Assembly: GCA_023898405.1 (NCBI GenBank)
Contig: CP060221.1
Span: 4,958-68,957, forward strand
Direction: 5' to 3'
Length of the DNA stretch: 64,000 nucleotides
Source: Myxococcales bacterium
GTDB lineage: Bacteria; Myxococcota; UBA727; JABDBI01
This document shows, one piece after another, positions 31,130 through 42,021 of this stretch. The translations under genes were made by a program, and so were the position numbers. Numbering within the stretch: the stretch's first letter is position 1; each line of letters starts with the position of its first letter. The notes under the pieces are model-generated. The model was given only the letters and a program-made list of their open reading frames with translations, was not told the origin of the DNA and searched no databases.

Positions 31130-32990
31130 GCGCACTGCTATCTTCCAACGTCGTTATATCAGCTTTAACCTCTTCACCTCGTGCAATTGATCTAAGCAGT
31201 CTGCGCATGATTTTGCCTGAGCGAGTTTTAGGCAACAAAGCTCTAAAGTGAATAGCAGCAGGTTTGGCAAAAGAACCAATGCAATTTTTTACTTGCTCTT
31301 TAAGCTGTTCTTCAAGACCATCACTTGGCTCTACATTTGGCATGAGGCTTACAAAGGCAACTAAGCGTTGACCTGTGACATCGTCATGAATTCCTACTAC
31401 CGCTGCTTCTGCTATTGCTGCATGTGCAACAAGCGCACTTTCTACCTCCGCTGTACCTAAGCGGTGACCGGAGATATTTACCACGTCATCAATGCGTCCG
31501 TTAATGTGTATATCTTTGTCTAAATCGAAATATGCGCCATCTCCGGTAAAATAAGCTCCAGGAAATTTATCAAAGTAGCTTTGTAAAAATCGTTCCTGGT
31601 CACCCCAAATACCTCGAGCAAGTGATGGCCAAGGCTTTTTGATCAAAAGATAACCTGTTTCATTATTTTTACAAAGCTCTCCCTGTTCAGAAATAATTTC
31701 TGCATCGATAGCAAAAAATGCCTTTGATGCTGAACCAGCCTTTGGAGTGTCGATATCGGGAACCGCGCTCATCATGATGGCACCAGTTTCAGTTTGCCAC
31801 CAAGTGTCAACGATATCACAACGATCTTCACCCAAGACGCGTTTGTACCACGACCATGCCTCAGGGTTGATGGGTTCACCAACGCTTCCCAAAAGCCGCA
31901 GAGAAGAGATATCGTGTTGTCCTTTGTATTCTTCACCTGCAGCCATGAGCATGCGAACTGCGGTAGGAGCCGTGTAGAGGACAGAAATTTTATGTTGCTC
32001 GATCAGTTGGTATAACCTTGCAGCTGAAGGAAAATTAAAGGCGCCTTCAAAAATAAAAATACTATTGCCCAGCAAAAGTGGACCGTAGCAAATGTAGCTA
32101 TGACCGGTGATCCAGCCAATATCTGCGCTACACCAAAATAAGTCTTTATCTTTGAGGTCAAATATCCACTGTGTCGTTGAGGCAACTTGAACTAAGTAAC
32201 CACCTGTGGCGTGAAAAATGCCTTTTGGTTTACCTGTTGTTCCCGAGGTATACAAAATAAAAAGTGGATGCTGAGCATCAAAAGAGTGTGGTTCTCTTAC
32301 TTTTTCTGCCCAGTTATCGGTTGGAACAAAACGAATATAACGAGAATCGCTTGCTAAAGTCTCACAATCAAAACAAAGCACAGTTTCTACGGAATTACAT
32401 TTTGTATCATCCAAAGCCTTATCAACAACGTCTTTTAACTTAATAGTATGCCCTTTTCGTTTGGTAGAATCCGCTGTTATGACCGCTTTCGCTTTAGCAT
32501 CGTGAATGCGGTCTATCAAAGCTTCTTTAGCAAATCCACCGAAAATTACTGTATGGATAGCACCCAGTCGCGCGCAAGCAAGCATGGAAGCAATGCCTTG
32601 AGGGTTCATGGGCATATAAATTGCGACGCGATCGCCTGAAGTGATACCCCGTTCATGAAGCAAATGAGCAATTTGACAAGTTAATCTGTGAAGCTCTTGA
32701 TAAGAATATTTTTTTACAAAGCCATCCTCATTTTCAAAAATGATCGCTGTCTTTTGCCCCAGGCCATTTTCAATATGTCGATCCAGGCAGTTAAACGAAG
32801 CGTTGAGGCCTCCTCCTAAAAACCATTCGCCACCAGCGAATGTGCCGTCGTGTACCTGATGAAAACTCTCTTTCCACGATAATCGCATGGCTTCGTGGTG
32901 CCAAAATCTGTCATAACTAAGTGAAGAGGCTTTCTTGTAAGATTGCTGTTTCTCTTTACTGGACTGCCAAGAAAAAGGATGGATTGCCAC
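31116..32990 (-). CDS. acs: acetyl-CoA synthetase (AMP-forming)
   Basis: 624 aa; AMP-binding motif YTSGTTGKPKG; N-terminal Acs-like region; GTG start with AGGAG RBS. Confidence 0.85.
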   Translation of the reverse strand: MAIHPFSWQSSKEKQQSYKKASSLSYDRFWHHEAMRLSWKESFHQVHDGTFAGGEWFLGGGLNASFNCLDRHIENGLGQKTAIIFENEDGFVKKYSYQELHRLTCQIAHLLHERGITSGDRVAIYMPMNPQGIASMLACARLGAIHTVIFGGFAKEALIDRIHDAKAKAVITADSTKRKGHTIKLKDVVDKALDDTKCNSVETVLCFDCETLASDSRYIRFVPTDNWAEKVREPHSFDAQHPLFILYTSGTTGKPKGIFHATGGYLVQVASTTQWIFDLKDKDLFWCSADIGWITGHSYICYGPLLLGNSIFIFEGAFNFPSAARLYQLIEQHKISVLYTAPTAVRMLMAAGEEYKGQHDISSLRLLGSVGEPINPEAWSWYKRVLGEDRCDIVDTWWQTETGAIMMSAVPDIDTPKAGSASKAFFAIDAEIISEQGELCKNNETGYLLIKKPWPSLARGIWGDQERFLQSYFDKFPGAYFTGDGAYFDLDKDIHINGRIDDVVNISGHRLGTAEVESALVAHAAIAEAAVVGIHDDVTGQRLVAFVSLMPNVEPSDGLEEQLKEQVKNCIGSFAKPAAIHFRALLPKTRSGKIMRRLLRSIARGEEVKADITTLEDSSALTTT

Positions 32991-33149
32991 TAAAAGCTCC
33001 TGAAATAATTTTTAGTTTATGTAGGAAGGTTGATTGAAGTTATCAAGAGATTCAACAAATAAGCTCAGACTCTGGCTGAATATTATAAAAAATGCCCTTA
33101 GATCAACTAGTTCCAAGGGCCGCTTGCTTTTGCAGATAGTCTGCAAGAA

Positions 33150-34412
33150 TTAATCTAGGCTTACAGCTTCGATGGCTTTTACCCTTTCTAATGTAGTGGG
33201 GTGAGAGTAATGATACGCGCTATACCAAGGATGTGGTGTAAGGTTGCCTAAGTTTTCCTTGGTGAGTTTTACCAATGCATCGGCGAGATGCTTTTTATCC
33301 CGAGTTGTGTGAACCGAAAACTCATCTGCTTCAAATTCATTGTGTCGAGAAATTTTTGTAAAAATCGGTGAAATAGGAAACATGAATACCGATGAGAACA
33401 AAGCAAAGAGTACAAGTCCTACATGAATGCTTGGCTGAAAGGCACCAAGTGCAGTGAAAAAAGGTGGCCATTGAATGCAAAGGGAGAGCACGTAAAAGAG
33501 TGCCAGCATAATAACCGAAGATAACACCAAACTTTTTTGGATATGTTTTTTGACGTTATGTCCCATTTCATGAGCAATTACGCCAACAATTTCATCTTCG
33601 GAATGTTTTTCTATGAGCGTATCAAACAAAACAATCCGTCTCATTGAGCCAAGGCCTGCAAAAAAAGCATTAGAGTGCGAGGAACGTTTAGAACCATCTA
33701 TGGTAAAAATTCCAGCCATTTTAAAATTAACTTTTTTCGCCAAGTCCTCGATTCGTGTCTTTAAGCTTCCATCAGCAAGAGGGCTAAACTTATTAAAAAT
33801 AGGAGCTAGAAACACGGGATAAATGGCTGCCGTGAAAAGTTGAAAACCCATCACTAATGCAAAGCCAAAAATCCACCATTGAGGACCACTCTCACCAATA
33901 ATCCAGAGCAAAGCAGCAATAAGTGGAACTCCAAATAATAATCCTAAAAGCGCACCTTTAATTTGATCGAGTACAAAGGTTTTAAAATTCATTCGGTTAA
34001 AACCAAATTTTTCTTCTAAAACGAACTGGTAAAAATATGATTGAGGGATTCCAAAAACAAAAAATACGCCACCTACGGCAAAGGGATAAATAACTCCTCG
34101 CCAAAAAGTATTGCTGAAATAAGCAGAAAGCCAGGTGTCGAGATGTCCAAAAAAACCACTCAAAATCAAAGTAAAAACAAAAGCAGTTTTTAATATGAGA
34201 GTGAAAATCTTAAAATTAGTTTTTGCTTTGGTGTAGTCGATGGATTTTTTGTAGTCAGTTTCAGAATATATCCCCTTAAATAAATCGGGTACGTGGGATT
34301 TATGTTGATCGACGTGGCGTATATTAAGAAGGTCGAGACCAATTTCAACCAATAAATACGCTAAGTAAAAAATCAAAAATACAACAAAAAACCAATTATC
34401 AAAAATGTTCAT
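33150..34412 (-). CDS. Ste24-like CAAX prenyl protease, M48 family zinc metalloprotease (multi-TM)
   Basis: HEMGH (HExxH) zinc motif plus downstream NEFEADEFS; about 7 TM helices N-terminal; 420 aa, consistent with M48A. Confidence 0.75.
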   Translation of the reverse strand: MNIFDNWFFVVFLIFYLAYLLVEIGLDLLNIRHVDQHKSHVPDLFKGIYSETDYKKSIDYTKAKTNFKIFTLILKTAFVFTLILSGFFGHLDTWLSAYFSNTFWRGVIYPFAVGGVFFVFGIPQSYFYQFVLEEKFGFNRMNFKTFVLDQIKGALLGLLFGVPLIAALLWIIGESGPQWWIFGFALVMGFQLFTAAIYPVFLAPIFNKFSPLADGSLKTRIEDLAKKVNFKMAGIFTIDGSKRSSHSNAFFAGLGSMRRIVLFDTLIEKHSEDEIVGVIAHEMGHNVKKHIQKSLVLSSVIMLALFYVLSLCIQWPPFFTALGAFQPSIHVGLVLFALFSSVFMFPISPIFTKISRHNEFEADEFSVHTTRDKKHLADALVKLTKENLGNLTPHPWYSAYHYSHPTTLERVKAIEAVSLD

Positions 34413-34414
34413 TG

Positions 34415-36421
34415 TTATCGAATCCTTTCGCCTGCTTCTGTATTGTGAAGAAAAATTGGTTCTGGCACTTTTTCTCCAGCAGCCAAAATCATACCTTCAC
34501 TCGTACCAAAACGCATTTTTCTTGGTTGAAGGTTAAATACTAACACCACAGTTTTTCCTACCATATCCGCAGGTTCTACATGGGGGCGCAGCCCGCTAAA
34601 AACAGTGCGCTCGCCAAATTTACCCAAATTAAGCTTGCATTCAATGAGTTTATCGGAACCCTCAACAGCTTGAGCGTGCATAACTTTGGCAGCCCGCAAT
34701 TCTACATCCATAAATTTATCGATACTGATCAGTGGTGAAGTTTTTTCTGTCAACTCTTGTGGTTCATTTGGTTGTGCAGTGTTCATCGTTTCGTCCTTTA
34801 AAGCTTTAAGTTGGGATTCGTCAATTCGTTTGAATATATGCTCGTATGCTTTAAGTTTTTGATCTTTTTGAAATGGGAGCGCTAGGGTGTCAAAATAAAA
34901 TTCTTGGCCATCGTTAATAATGTTTTCTAATTTGCTTACTGCTTGAGGAATTACGGGTTTTAATAGGCCAAGACAAATCTTTCCAATATAAAGTCCTGTT
35001 GTTAGGATTGATTGAGATTTTTTGGGATCTTGGCCTGCTATTTTCCATGGCGCACTGTCTTGCAAATATTTATTAGCGTCCTCGGCCAAACGTACAATTT
35101 CATTAAGCGCTTTTTGGTATTCATAGTGGAGATACAAATTTTGTACCTCACCTACACTGCGCTGGGCCTTACTTATAAGTTCAGCAGCATCATTATCAAG
35201 CTCGCCAGCATGATATTCAAAAAGGCGGCCCAAAAGTGGCAATGCGCGAGATACCAGGTTGATGACCTTATTGATTAGATCGGTGTTAACCCGTTGAATA
35301 AAGTCACCTAAATTGAGATCAATGTCTTCAGCTCTACTGCCAAGTTTGCATGCAAAATAGTAGCGCAGGGTTTCTGGATCGAAGTGCTTACTGAATGTGT
35401 CGGCCAAAATAAAAGTTCCGCGAGATTTTGACATTTTTTCGCCGTTGACGGTAAGCATGCCATGCACCACTATTTGAGATGGCAAATTATAGTCAGCAGC
35501 CATAAGCATAGCCGGCCAAAAAAGTGTGTGAAAATAAACGATATCTTTGCCAATAAAATGAATAATTTTAGTGTCTTTATCGAGCCAATAATCCTTAAAA
35601 CTTTTTCCCGTTAACTGCGCTGCTTTTTCGCTAAGACTGATGTAACCCACTGGGGCATCGAGCCATACGTAAAAATATTTGTCGTCTTCGCCCGGTATAG
35701 GGAATCCAAAGTAAGGTCCGTCTCTACTTATGTCCCAATCTTTTAGTCCCTCTTGAAACCACCGTTCGAGCGAAGCTTGAATATCTGGATGAACTGTATT
35801 GTCAGCAGCTGTCCAATCTTTAAGTTGCTTGGCCAGCGAAGACAATGAGACAAAATAGTGGCGACTTTTTTTAAGAATAGGTGTAGCACCACTCAATGCA
35901 CTTTTAGCATCAATTAAGTCGGTAGGTTGGTAGGTGTGACCGCAGGATTCACAGTTGTCACCATATTGATCCTGAGCTTTGCAAAATGGGCATGTGCCTT
36001 TTACCATGCGATCAGGTAAAAAACGTTTTAGTTCAGGATCAAATAACTGCTCTATTTCTTTTTGCTGAATAAAACCCTTATCTTTGAGTGACTTAAAAAT
36101 TTGTTCGGCATGCTTTTTATTTACTTCAGTGTGAGTTGATCCATAGCCACCATCGAATTCGATATCATAACGTTTAAAACTTGCGTCTTGTTTCTTTTGC
36201 CACTGCTTTGCAAAATCAACTGGGCTGATCCCAGCTTTTATAGCGCTCATTTCTATAGGAGTGCCGTGGCTATCGGCACCACATACATAGAGCACATCCT
36301 TTTTGGCCATACGAAGAGCACGGACAAAAATATTAACTTGCACATGTTCAACAAGGTGCCCTAGGTGAATGGGACCATTTGCGTAAGGAAGGGCGGGGGT
36401 AACAAGGTATTTTTCTTGCAT
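34415..36421 (-). CDS. metG: methionine--tRNA ligase with C-terminal tRNA-binding (EMAP/Trbp111-like) domain
   Basis: HIGH-class motif PYANGPIHLGH, KMSKS, zinc knuckle CPFCK...CESCG. Confidence 0.9.
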   Translation of the reverse strand: MQEKYLVTPALPYANGPIHLGHLVEHVQVNIFVRALRMAKKDVLYVCGADSHGTPIEMSAIKAGISPVDFAKQWQKKQDASFKRYDIEFDGGYGSTHTEVNKKHAEQIFKSLKDKGFIQQKEIEQLFDPELKRFLPDRMVKGTCPFCKAQDQYGDNCESCGHTYQPTDLIDAKSALSGATPILKKSRHYFVSLSSLAKQLKDWTAADNTVHPDIQASLERWFQEGLKDWDISRDGPYFGFPIPGEDDKYFYVWLDAPVGYISLSEKAAQLTGKSFKDYWLDKDTKIIHFIGKDIVYFHTLFWPAMLMAADYNLPSQIVVHGMLTVNGEKMSKSRGTFILADTFSKHFDPETLRYYFACKLGSRAEDIDLNLGDFIQRVNTDLINKVINLVSRALPLLGRLFEYHAGELDNDAAELISKAQRSVGEVQNLYLHYEYQKALNEIVRLAEDANKYLQDSAPWKIAGQDPKKSQSILTTGLYIGKICLGLLKPVIPQAVSKLENIINDGQEFYFDTLALPFQKDQKLKAYEHIFKRIDESQLKALKDETMNTAQPNEPQELTEKTSPLISIDKFMDVELRAAKVMHAQAVEGSDKLIECKLNLGKFGERTVFSGLRPHVEPADMVGKTVVLVFNLQPRKMRFGTSEGMILAAGEKVPEPIFLHNTEAGERIR

Positions 36422-36665
36422 GATAAAGCCGTAATAAAGAGTGTAAATGGTTCTAAAAGGGAAACTGTTGCGCTCATGAGCTATATGGTTTAGCTATGTT
36501 CGATCAACATATCCCTGATTGGCGGGTGCAGCTGAGCTTGAACCAGCTACTTCCACATATAAAGCCAAGCTCTAATTGGTTGTGCACCTGCGCTCACCGA
36601 AATAAGCAATACAGCCAGTTATGCAAGGGGGTTGTTTTGCCTCAATAAGGAGCTAAATTCAAATC

Positions 36666-37727
36666 ATGACAGCACAACAATTTCAACCAAAACACCTGAC
36701 GAGGACACGAAGAGTCTTGCAAGTTTTATGGTCGAAATTTGATTTATTTCTAGCGCCATTTATGAGCCAGGGAGTTGTTATTGCAGTCAGTGGAGGGCCA
36801 GATTCTCGAGCGCTGTTGGAGGCTCTTGCATGTTGGGTACCCAGAAAAAAAGGAAGCTTTGTTGTAGCAACCTTCGATCATGGAATGCGCCAAGAATCAT
36901 TGTTGGAATCTCAGTTCATATGCCAGCGAGCTAAAAGGCTTGGTTTTGATGTGCACCGTGAAAGCTTTTTTTCCCCCATAATGCTGAACGAGCAAGAGCT
37001 ACGCATAAAACGCTATCAGGCTCTAAAAAAAATATGCAAAAATTATGATCTAAAAAATGTGTGTACGGCTCATCATCTTGAGGATAACGCTGAAGGTTAT
37101 ATGATGGCTCTATTTGGAGTTGGAGGAGGGGAGATGGGGGCAGCAATGCAAGAAGTTCAAAAATTTGCGGACCTTAGGTTGATAAGACCTTTTCTTGGGC
37201 TCAAAAAAGAAGATCTACGGCTGGCTTTGAATATGCTTGGGTTGTGTGATTATGCTAGGGATAGTTTGGATGAAATGAGAATAGGGCGAAGAGCCTATAT
37301 TCGGCACGAGATTATCCCCACACTGAAAAATCATAAAAATCAAATCGTTGAGAGGCTGAACCATTTTGCCCATAAACAAGCATGGCAGATTCAGGCTGTG
37401 TCAAATGTGGCGCAGCAAATTATTGAATGGAGTGATAATGAGGCAATTATTCAAGCTAAAAACGCAGACCGGGCTGTTTTGGATAAGGCTCTGTGTACGG
37501 TACTGAAGAAGCTCGCCCCAGAAAAAGATCTGCGACAAACCTGGCCAACAAGAGAAAAAATAATAAATTATTATTTTTCTTTGGAGTCTCAGGATAAGTC
37601 TTATACCCAAGGGCTTGACCGACCGTTATACAAGGTTATTGTTAACCACTTGAAAACTAAAGAGTACTCTATGCCGGGAGTTGTGATAAGAACCAACGGC
37701 ACGAAGGTCGCCATAAGGCGCGTTTAA
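36666..37727 (+). CDS. tilS: tRNA(Ile)-lysidine synthetase
   Basis: PP-loop motif VIAVSGGPDS; length and tilS-ftsH synteny. Confidence 0.8.
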   Translation: MTAQQFQPKHLTRTRRVLQVLWSKFDLFLAPFMSQGVVIAVSGGPDSRALLEALACWVPRKKGSFVVATFDHGMRQESLLESQFICQRAKRLGFDVHRESFFSPIMLNEQELRIKRYQALKKICKNYDLKNVCTAHHLEDNAEGYMMALFGVGGGEMGAAMQEVQKFADLRLIRPFLGLKKEDLRLALNMLGLCDYARDSLDEMRIGRRAYIRHEIIPTLKNHKNQIVERLNHFAHKQAWQIQAVSNVAQQIIEWSDNEAIIQAKNADRAVLDKALCTVLKKLAPEKDLRQTWPTREKIINYYFSLESQDKSYTQGLDRPLYKVIVNHLKTKEYSMPGVVIRTNGTKVAIRRV

Positions 37728-37882
37728 ACGTTTGGCATACTATCAATTATTATATTAATTTGATATGGTGAAAGTGCCTGTAAAACGGAACTATTGATAT
37801 TAAAAGAAGTAGTTCAGGTTTGAACATTTTTATAGAAAAAGAGCTCGTACACCAATGCTCTTAATGATTGTGAGGCCAATCG

Positions 37883-39853
37883 GTGAAGCAATATCAAAAA
37901 ACCCTACTTGTGTGGCTTGTTTTCGGTCTTTTTATCGTGACCGTTTGGAGCTTTTTTGGCAAATCCAACTCGAATCGGCAGGAAAAGCCTTTTTCTGAGT
38001 TTTTATCATCAGTTGAAGATGGGCATATAAAAACTGTTACCATTATTGGGCAAGATTTCACTGGAGAAAATAAGGATGGTAGCCAGTTTCATAGCACTGG
38101 AGTTGTCACAGATCATATTCTGGATACTCTCAGCAAAGCCAACAAAAAATATGGCACTGAATATCAGCTAAAGAAGGAAGAAGGTGGTACTTTCTGGCTC
38201 ATAGTCGCGCAGTGGCTTCCGATGCTTTTGATTATTGGCCTTTTTATGTTCTTCATGCGCCAGATCCAGGTTGGTGGCGGTCGTGCGATGTCATTTGGCA
38301 AATCTCGTGCCAGAATGATGACAGAAAATCAATCAAAAGTTACGTTTAAGAACGTTGCTGGGGTTGATGAGTGTAAACTCGAACTCCAGGAAATTGTTGA
38401 ATTCTTGAAAGATCCTAAAAAATTCACTCGTCTTGGGGGACGTATTCCTAAAGGTGTTTTACTGATGGGGCCTCCTGGGACAGGAAAGACTCTCTTAGCT
38501 CGTGCGATTGCCGGAGAGGCTGCAGTGCCGTTTTTTAGCATTGCAGGTTCAGATTTCGTGGAGATGTTTGTCGGGGTTGGAGCCAGCCGCGTGCGTGATC
38601 TCTTTGAACAAGGGAAAAAGAATGCTCCTTGCATTATTTTCATTGACGAGATTGATGCGGTAGGAAGGCAACGTGGCGCTGGTATGGGTGGTGGTCATGA
38701 CGAAAGAGAGCAAACCCTTAATCAAATGCTGGTTGAGATGGATGGTTTTGAAGCCAATGAGGGCGTCATCATTATCGCTGCGACTAATCGCCCAGATGTT
38801 CTTGATCCAGCTATTCTACGTCCTGGCCGATTTGATAGGAGAGTAGTTGTTCCTTTGCCAGATGTACGCGGCAGAGAAGAAATTTTTAAAGTTCATACTG
38901 TTAAAGTTCCTCTTGCTGAAGACGTTGATTTGAGCATTCTTGCTCGTTCCACCCCTGGTATGAGCGGGGCTGACATAGAAAATTTAGTTAACGAATCGGC
39001 TTTGATTGCTGCCAGAGAAGGAAAAGATCAGGTCAGCATGTACGATTTTGAAATGGCAAGAGAAAAAATAATCATGGGAGCTGAACGTCGAAATCTTGTG
39101 ATGTCGCGAAAAGACATTGAAAATACAGCATTTCATGAGGCTGGACATGCCTTGGTATCGGCTCTGATCAGAAGAGACGCTGAAAAAGAAGGTGTTTTTG
39201 ACACAACTGATCCTGTCCATAAAGTTACTATTATTCCTCGAGGACGTGCGTTGGGTGTGACCATGCAATTACCTACGGATGACCGTTATAATCTGTCGAA
39301 AACCTATGCACTTAACCAAATTGCAGTGATGATGGGTGGAAGGCTCGCTGAGGAAATTAAATTTAAAGAAATTACCAGCGGTGCTGGAAATGATATTGAA
39401 AAAGCCACTGATCTTGCCCAAAGAATGGTAAGGGAGTGGGGAATGTCAGAAAAAATGGGTCCGCTTGTCTATGGTAAGAAAGAGGGACAAATATTTCTAG
39501 GCAAGGATATTTCTCAGGCCTCTGACTATTCCGAAGTTACAGCCCAAGAAATTGATAAAGAAATTAAATCAATAGTAAATGCGCAGTATGAAAGAGCAAA
39601 AAAATTATTAACAATGCATTTAGATATGCTGGAAAGAGTAGGGAAGGCACTGCTTGAATACGAAACTATAGACGGAAATGAATTGTTGGTGCTAATGGAT
39701 GGCGAAGAACTTAAGCGTGAAAAGCCATTGTCTCGTGTGAAAACTCGTGAAGAATTAAATGCAGAGCGAGAAATGCAAGAAGCACAACAAAATTCAAAGT
39801 CTGAGTATTCTTCTCAAGTGCAGCATCCTGAACCTGAGTTGAAAAAAGCATAA
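37883..39853 (+). CDS. ftsH: ATP-dependent zinc metalloprotease FtsH
   Basis: Walker A GPPGTGKT, second region of homology, zinc motif HEAGHAL; two N-terminal TM helices; GTG start. Confidence 0.9.
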   Translation: MKQYQKTLLVWLVFGLFIVTVWSFFGKSNSNRQEKPFSEFLSSVEDGHIKTVTIIGQDFTGENKDGSQFHSTGVVTDHILDTLSKANKKYGTEYQLKKEEGGTFWLIVAQWLPMLLIIGLFMFFMRQIQVGGGRAMSFGKSRARMMTENQSKVTFKNVAGVDECKLELQEIVEFLKDPKKFTRLGGRIPKGVLLMGPPGTGKTLLARAIAGEAAVPFFSIAGSDFVEMFVGVGASRVRDLFEQGKKNAPCIIFIDEIDAVGRQRGAGMGGGHDEREQTLNQMLVEMDGFEANEGVIIIAATNRPDVLDPAILRPGRFDRRVVVPLPDVRGREEIFKVHTVKVPLAEDVDLSILARSTPGMSGADIENLVNESALIAAREGKDQVSMYDFEMAREKIIMGAERRNLVMSRKDIENTAFHEAGHALVSALIRRDAEKEGVFDTTDPVHKVTIIPRGRALGVTMQLPTDDRYNLSKTYALNQIAVMMGGRLAEEIKFKEITSGAGNDIEKATDLAQRMVREWGMSEKMGPLVYGKKEGQIFLGKDISQASDYSEVTAQEIDKEIKSIVNAQYERAKKLLTMHLDMLERVGKALLEYETIDGNELLVLMDGEELKREKPLSRVKTREELNAEREMQEAQQNSKSEYSSQVQHPEPELKKA

Positions 39854-39865
39854 TTGAGATTATTT

Positions 39866-41287
39866 ATGAGTTTATTTGAGATTAAACACAAGTGTATTCT
39901 CGTTGGTAAAACCAATGTAGGTAAAAGTACGCTTTTTAATTGCCTGTCTGACAAAAAAATTAGTATTGCACATGGAACTCCTGGGGCGACTCGTGATTGT
40001 ATCATGAGGGATGCTCAATTTTTTGGGCACCAAATTACTGTGGTTGATTCAGGGGGACTCGAGCACGAGTCACATGTTGATAATCCCTTTCAAAGTTTGG
40101 TGAGTAAACGGGTTGATAACTTCATATCTCAGCAGGCAAGCGTCATCCTTTTTGTGGTGAGCGCAAAGGATGGCATTACTGCAGCAGATATGGAAGTTGC
40201 ATCTATGCTTCGTAAGACAGGTAAACCGGTTATAGCTGTGATCAATAAGGTTGATCATAAGAATAATTTGGTTAATGCCTTGGATTGTCTACGCTTTGGT
40301 TTCGAACAACCGGTATTTGTCAGCGCCGCACAAAAAATTGGTCTTGAGGAGCTTAAGTTAAAAGTTTTGGAGAAGCTGAAGCTAAAGCCTCGATCATCAA
40401 GTGCTCGCCACCTTTCACTTGTATTGTCAGAAGAGCCCGAACAGGTGAAGCGTCACTTTGATCCATCTAAACTAAGTCTTGCCGTAGTGGGTAGACCTAA
40501 CGGCGGTAAATCAACTTTTGTCAACGCGATTCTCAATGAAGACCGGGTCATGACATCAGAAATACCTGGAACCACAGTGGATGCAATCGACACTTACTTT
40601 TCTTATGCGGGAAAAGAAATCTGTTTGATCGACACTGCGGGTATTAGGCGCCAGAGAAGTATTGATGAAGAAGTTGAGAAAATGGCTGTTGCACGGTCGC
40701 TCTGTGCAGTGGATCGCTCGGATGTTGCCATAATGATGATCAGCGCCAAAGAAGGGGTTACAGAGCAGGATAAAAAAATCGCGGGTATTATTTTTGAAAA
40801 GAAGAAAGCCTGTATCTTAGCTATCAATAAATGGGATGAGCAGACTTCAAGCGAGACAAGCAAGACAAAATTCATTGAAGAAGTAAAGTTTCATCTGCCG
40901 TTTTTTGCCTATGTGCCGGTAGTATTTTTGTCTGCTAAGTATGGTCATCACGTATTTGATGCCATTGATATTGCATTTAAGTTGGCCCCTCGATTTAACA
41001 AGCGTATTAATACATCGCAGCTCAACCGCGCTTTGGAGAGAGCTTTAGAGGCACACCAACCTCCGTCGGTTATGGGGCGCCCCTTAAAAATGTATTTTGC
41101 TACGCAAATCGATACGGCTCCACCAACTTTTGCCATCAGTTGTTCGAAACCGCGTGAAGTTAATTACTCGTATAAACGCTATTTAACCAATTATTTCAGG
41201 AAAAATCTTGATCTTGGTGAAATCCCTCTACGACTGGTTTTTCGAAGTAAGTCTGATGCCAACGCCTTTAAGAGAGACGCTTGCTGA
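39866..41287 (+). CDS. der: ribosome-biogenesis GTPase Der (EngA), tandem GTPase domains plus KH-like C-terminus
   Basis: Two G1 motifs GKTNVGKS and GRPNGGKS; start set at first ATG (MSLFEI). Confidence 0.85.
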   Translation: MSLFEIKHKCILVGKTNVGKSTLFNCLSDKKISIAHGTPGATRDCIMRDAQFFGHQITVVDSGGLEHESHVDNPFQSLVSKRVDNFISQQASVILFVVSAKDGITAADMEVASMLRKTGKPVIAVINKVDHKNNLVNALDCLRFGFEQPVFVSAAQKIGLEELKLKVLEKLKLKPRSSSARHLSLVLSEEPEQVKRHFDPSKLSLAVVGRPNGGKSTFVNAILNEDRVMTSEIPGTTVDAIDTYFSYAGKEICLIDTAGIRRQRSIDEEVEKMAVARSLCAVDRSDVAIMMISAKEGVTEQDKKIAGIIFEKKKACILAINKWDEQTSSETSKTKFIEEVKFHLPFFAYVPVVFLSAKYGHHVFDAIDIAFKLAPRFNKRINTSQLNRALERALEAHQPPSVMGRPLKMYFATQIDTAPPTFAISCSKPREVNYSYKRYLTNYFRKNLDLGEIPLRLVFRSKSDANAFKRDAC

Positions 41288-42009
41288 TGCCTATTTTCGA
41301 TTTAAACCAAAAATCCACTCAATACCAAGTGCTCGATCGTGCTATTGCTTATAAGTTTAAAGATCATTCCTTGTTAAAGCTTGCACTTATGCATAAAAGC
41401 GCTCGTGTTAAAAATAATCCAAGCGATCAGCTGATTAACAATGAACGCCTGGAATTTCTGGGTGACGCTGTGCTGTCGGTCATAACTGCTGATTTTCTCT
41501 ATCAAAACAAGAAACATTTGAGAGAGGGTGATCTAAGCCGCCTAAGAGCTCAATATGTTTGCCAGGAAAATCTTGCGCTCGGAGCTCAAAGAATTAAGCT
41601 TGGTGATTACTTAGTGAGTGACAGAGCAATGAGAGCGGCAGGCGGAAACTATACAGCAGCAGTATTAGCGGATGCTCTCGAGGCTATTTTTGGCGCTGTG
41701 TACATTGATGGCGGGCTTGATAGCGCTCGTGTAACTATTTTTTCTGTTTTGGGAGAACCTTCACTTGATCTCTCTACCATCGAAAAGGATGCAAAAACAC
41801 GATTGCAAGAAATAGTTCAGGCTCACATCCATCAGGCACCTAAATATATAATTTTGGACAAGAGTGGACCTGCTCATGCTCCAACTTTTCATGTAGGAAT
41901 TAAGGTGCAGGATAAAATTGTAGCCAGCGCTCATGGGGAAAACCTGAAAATTGCCACTCAGAATGCTGCAATGATTGCTCTATCCGACTACGAATTAGCA
42001 TCGCGCTAA
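41287..42009 (+). CDS. rnc: ribonuclease III
   Basis: Signature ERLEFLGDAVL; dsRBD C-terminus; TGATG overlap with der. Confidence 0.85.
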   Translation: MPIFDLNQKSTQYQVLDRAIAYKFKDHSLLKLALMHKSARVKNNPSDQLINNERLEFLGDAVLSVITADFLYQNKKHLREGDLSRLRAQYVCQENLALGAQRIKLGDYLVSDRAMRAAGGNYTAAVLADALEAIFGAVYIDGGLDSARVTIFSVLGEPSLDLSTIEKDAKTRLQEIVQAHIHQAPKYIILDKSGPAHAPTFHVGIKVQDKIVASAHGENLKIATQNAAMIALSDYELASR

Positions 42010-42021
42010 AATTTTAGTTCA

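Noticed and set aside
36531-36598. tRNA-like palindromic region in metG-tilS intergenic (GGGTGCAGCTGAGCTTGAACC...GGTTGTGCACC, with TTCAAGC T-loop-like hairpin)
   Set aside because: Could not fold into a complete cloverleaf on either strand (no D-arm or anticodon arm pairing); more likely divergent-promoter inverted repeats
38329-38643. 104-aa minus-strand ORF inside ftsH
   Set aside because: Antisense to the Walker-A region of ftsH; no start context; spurious
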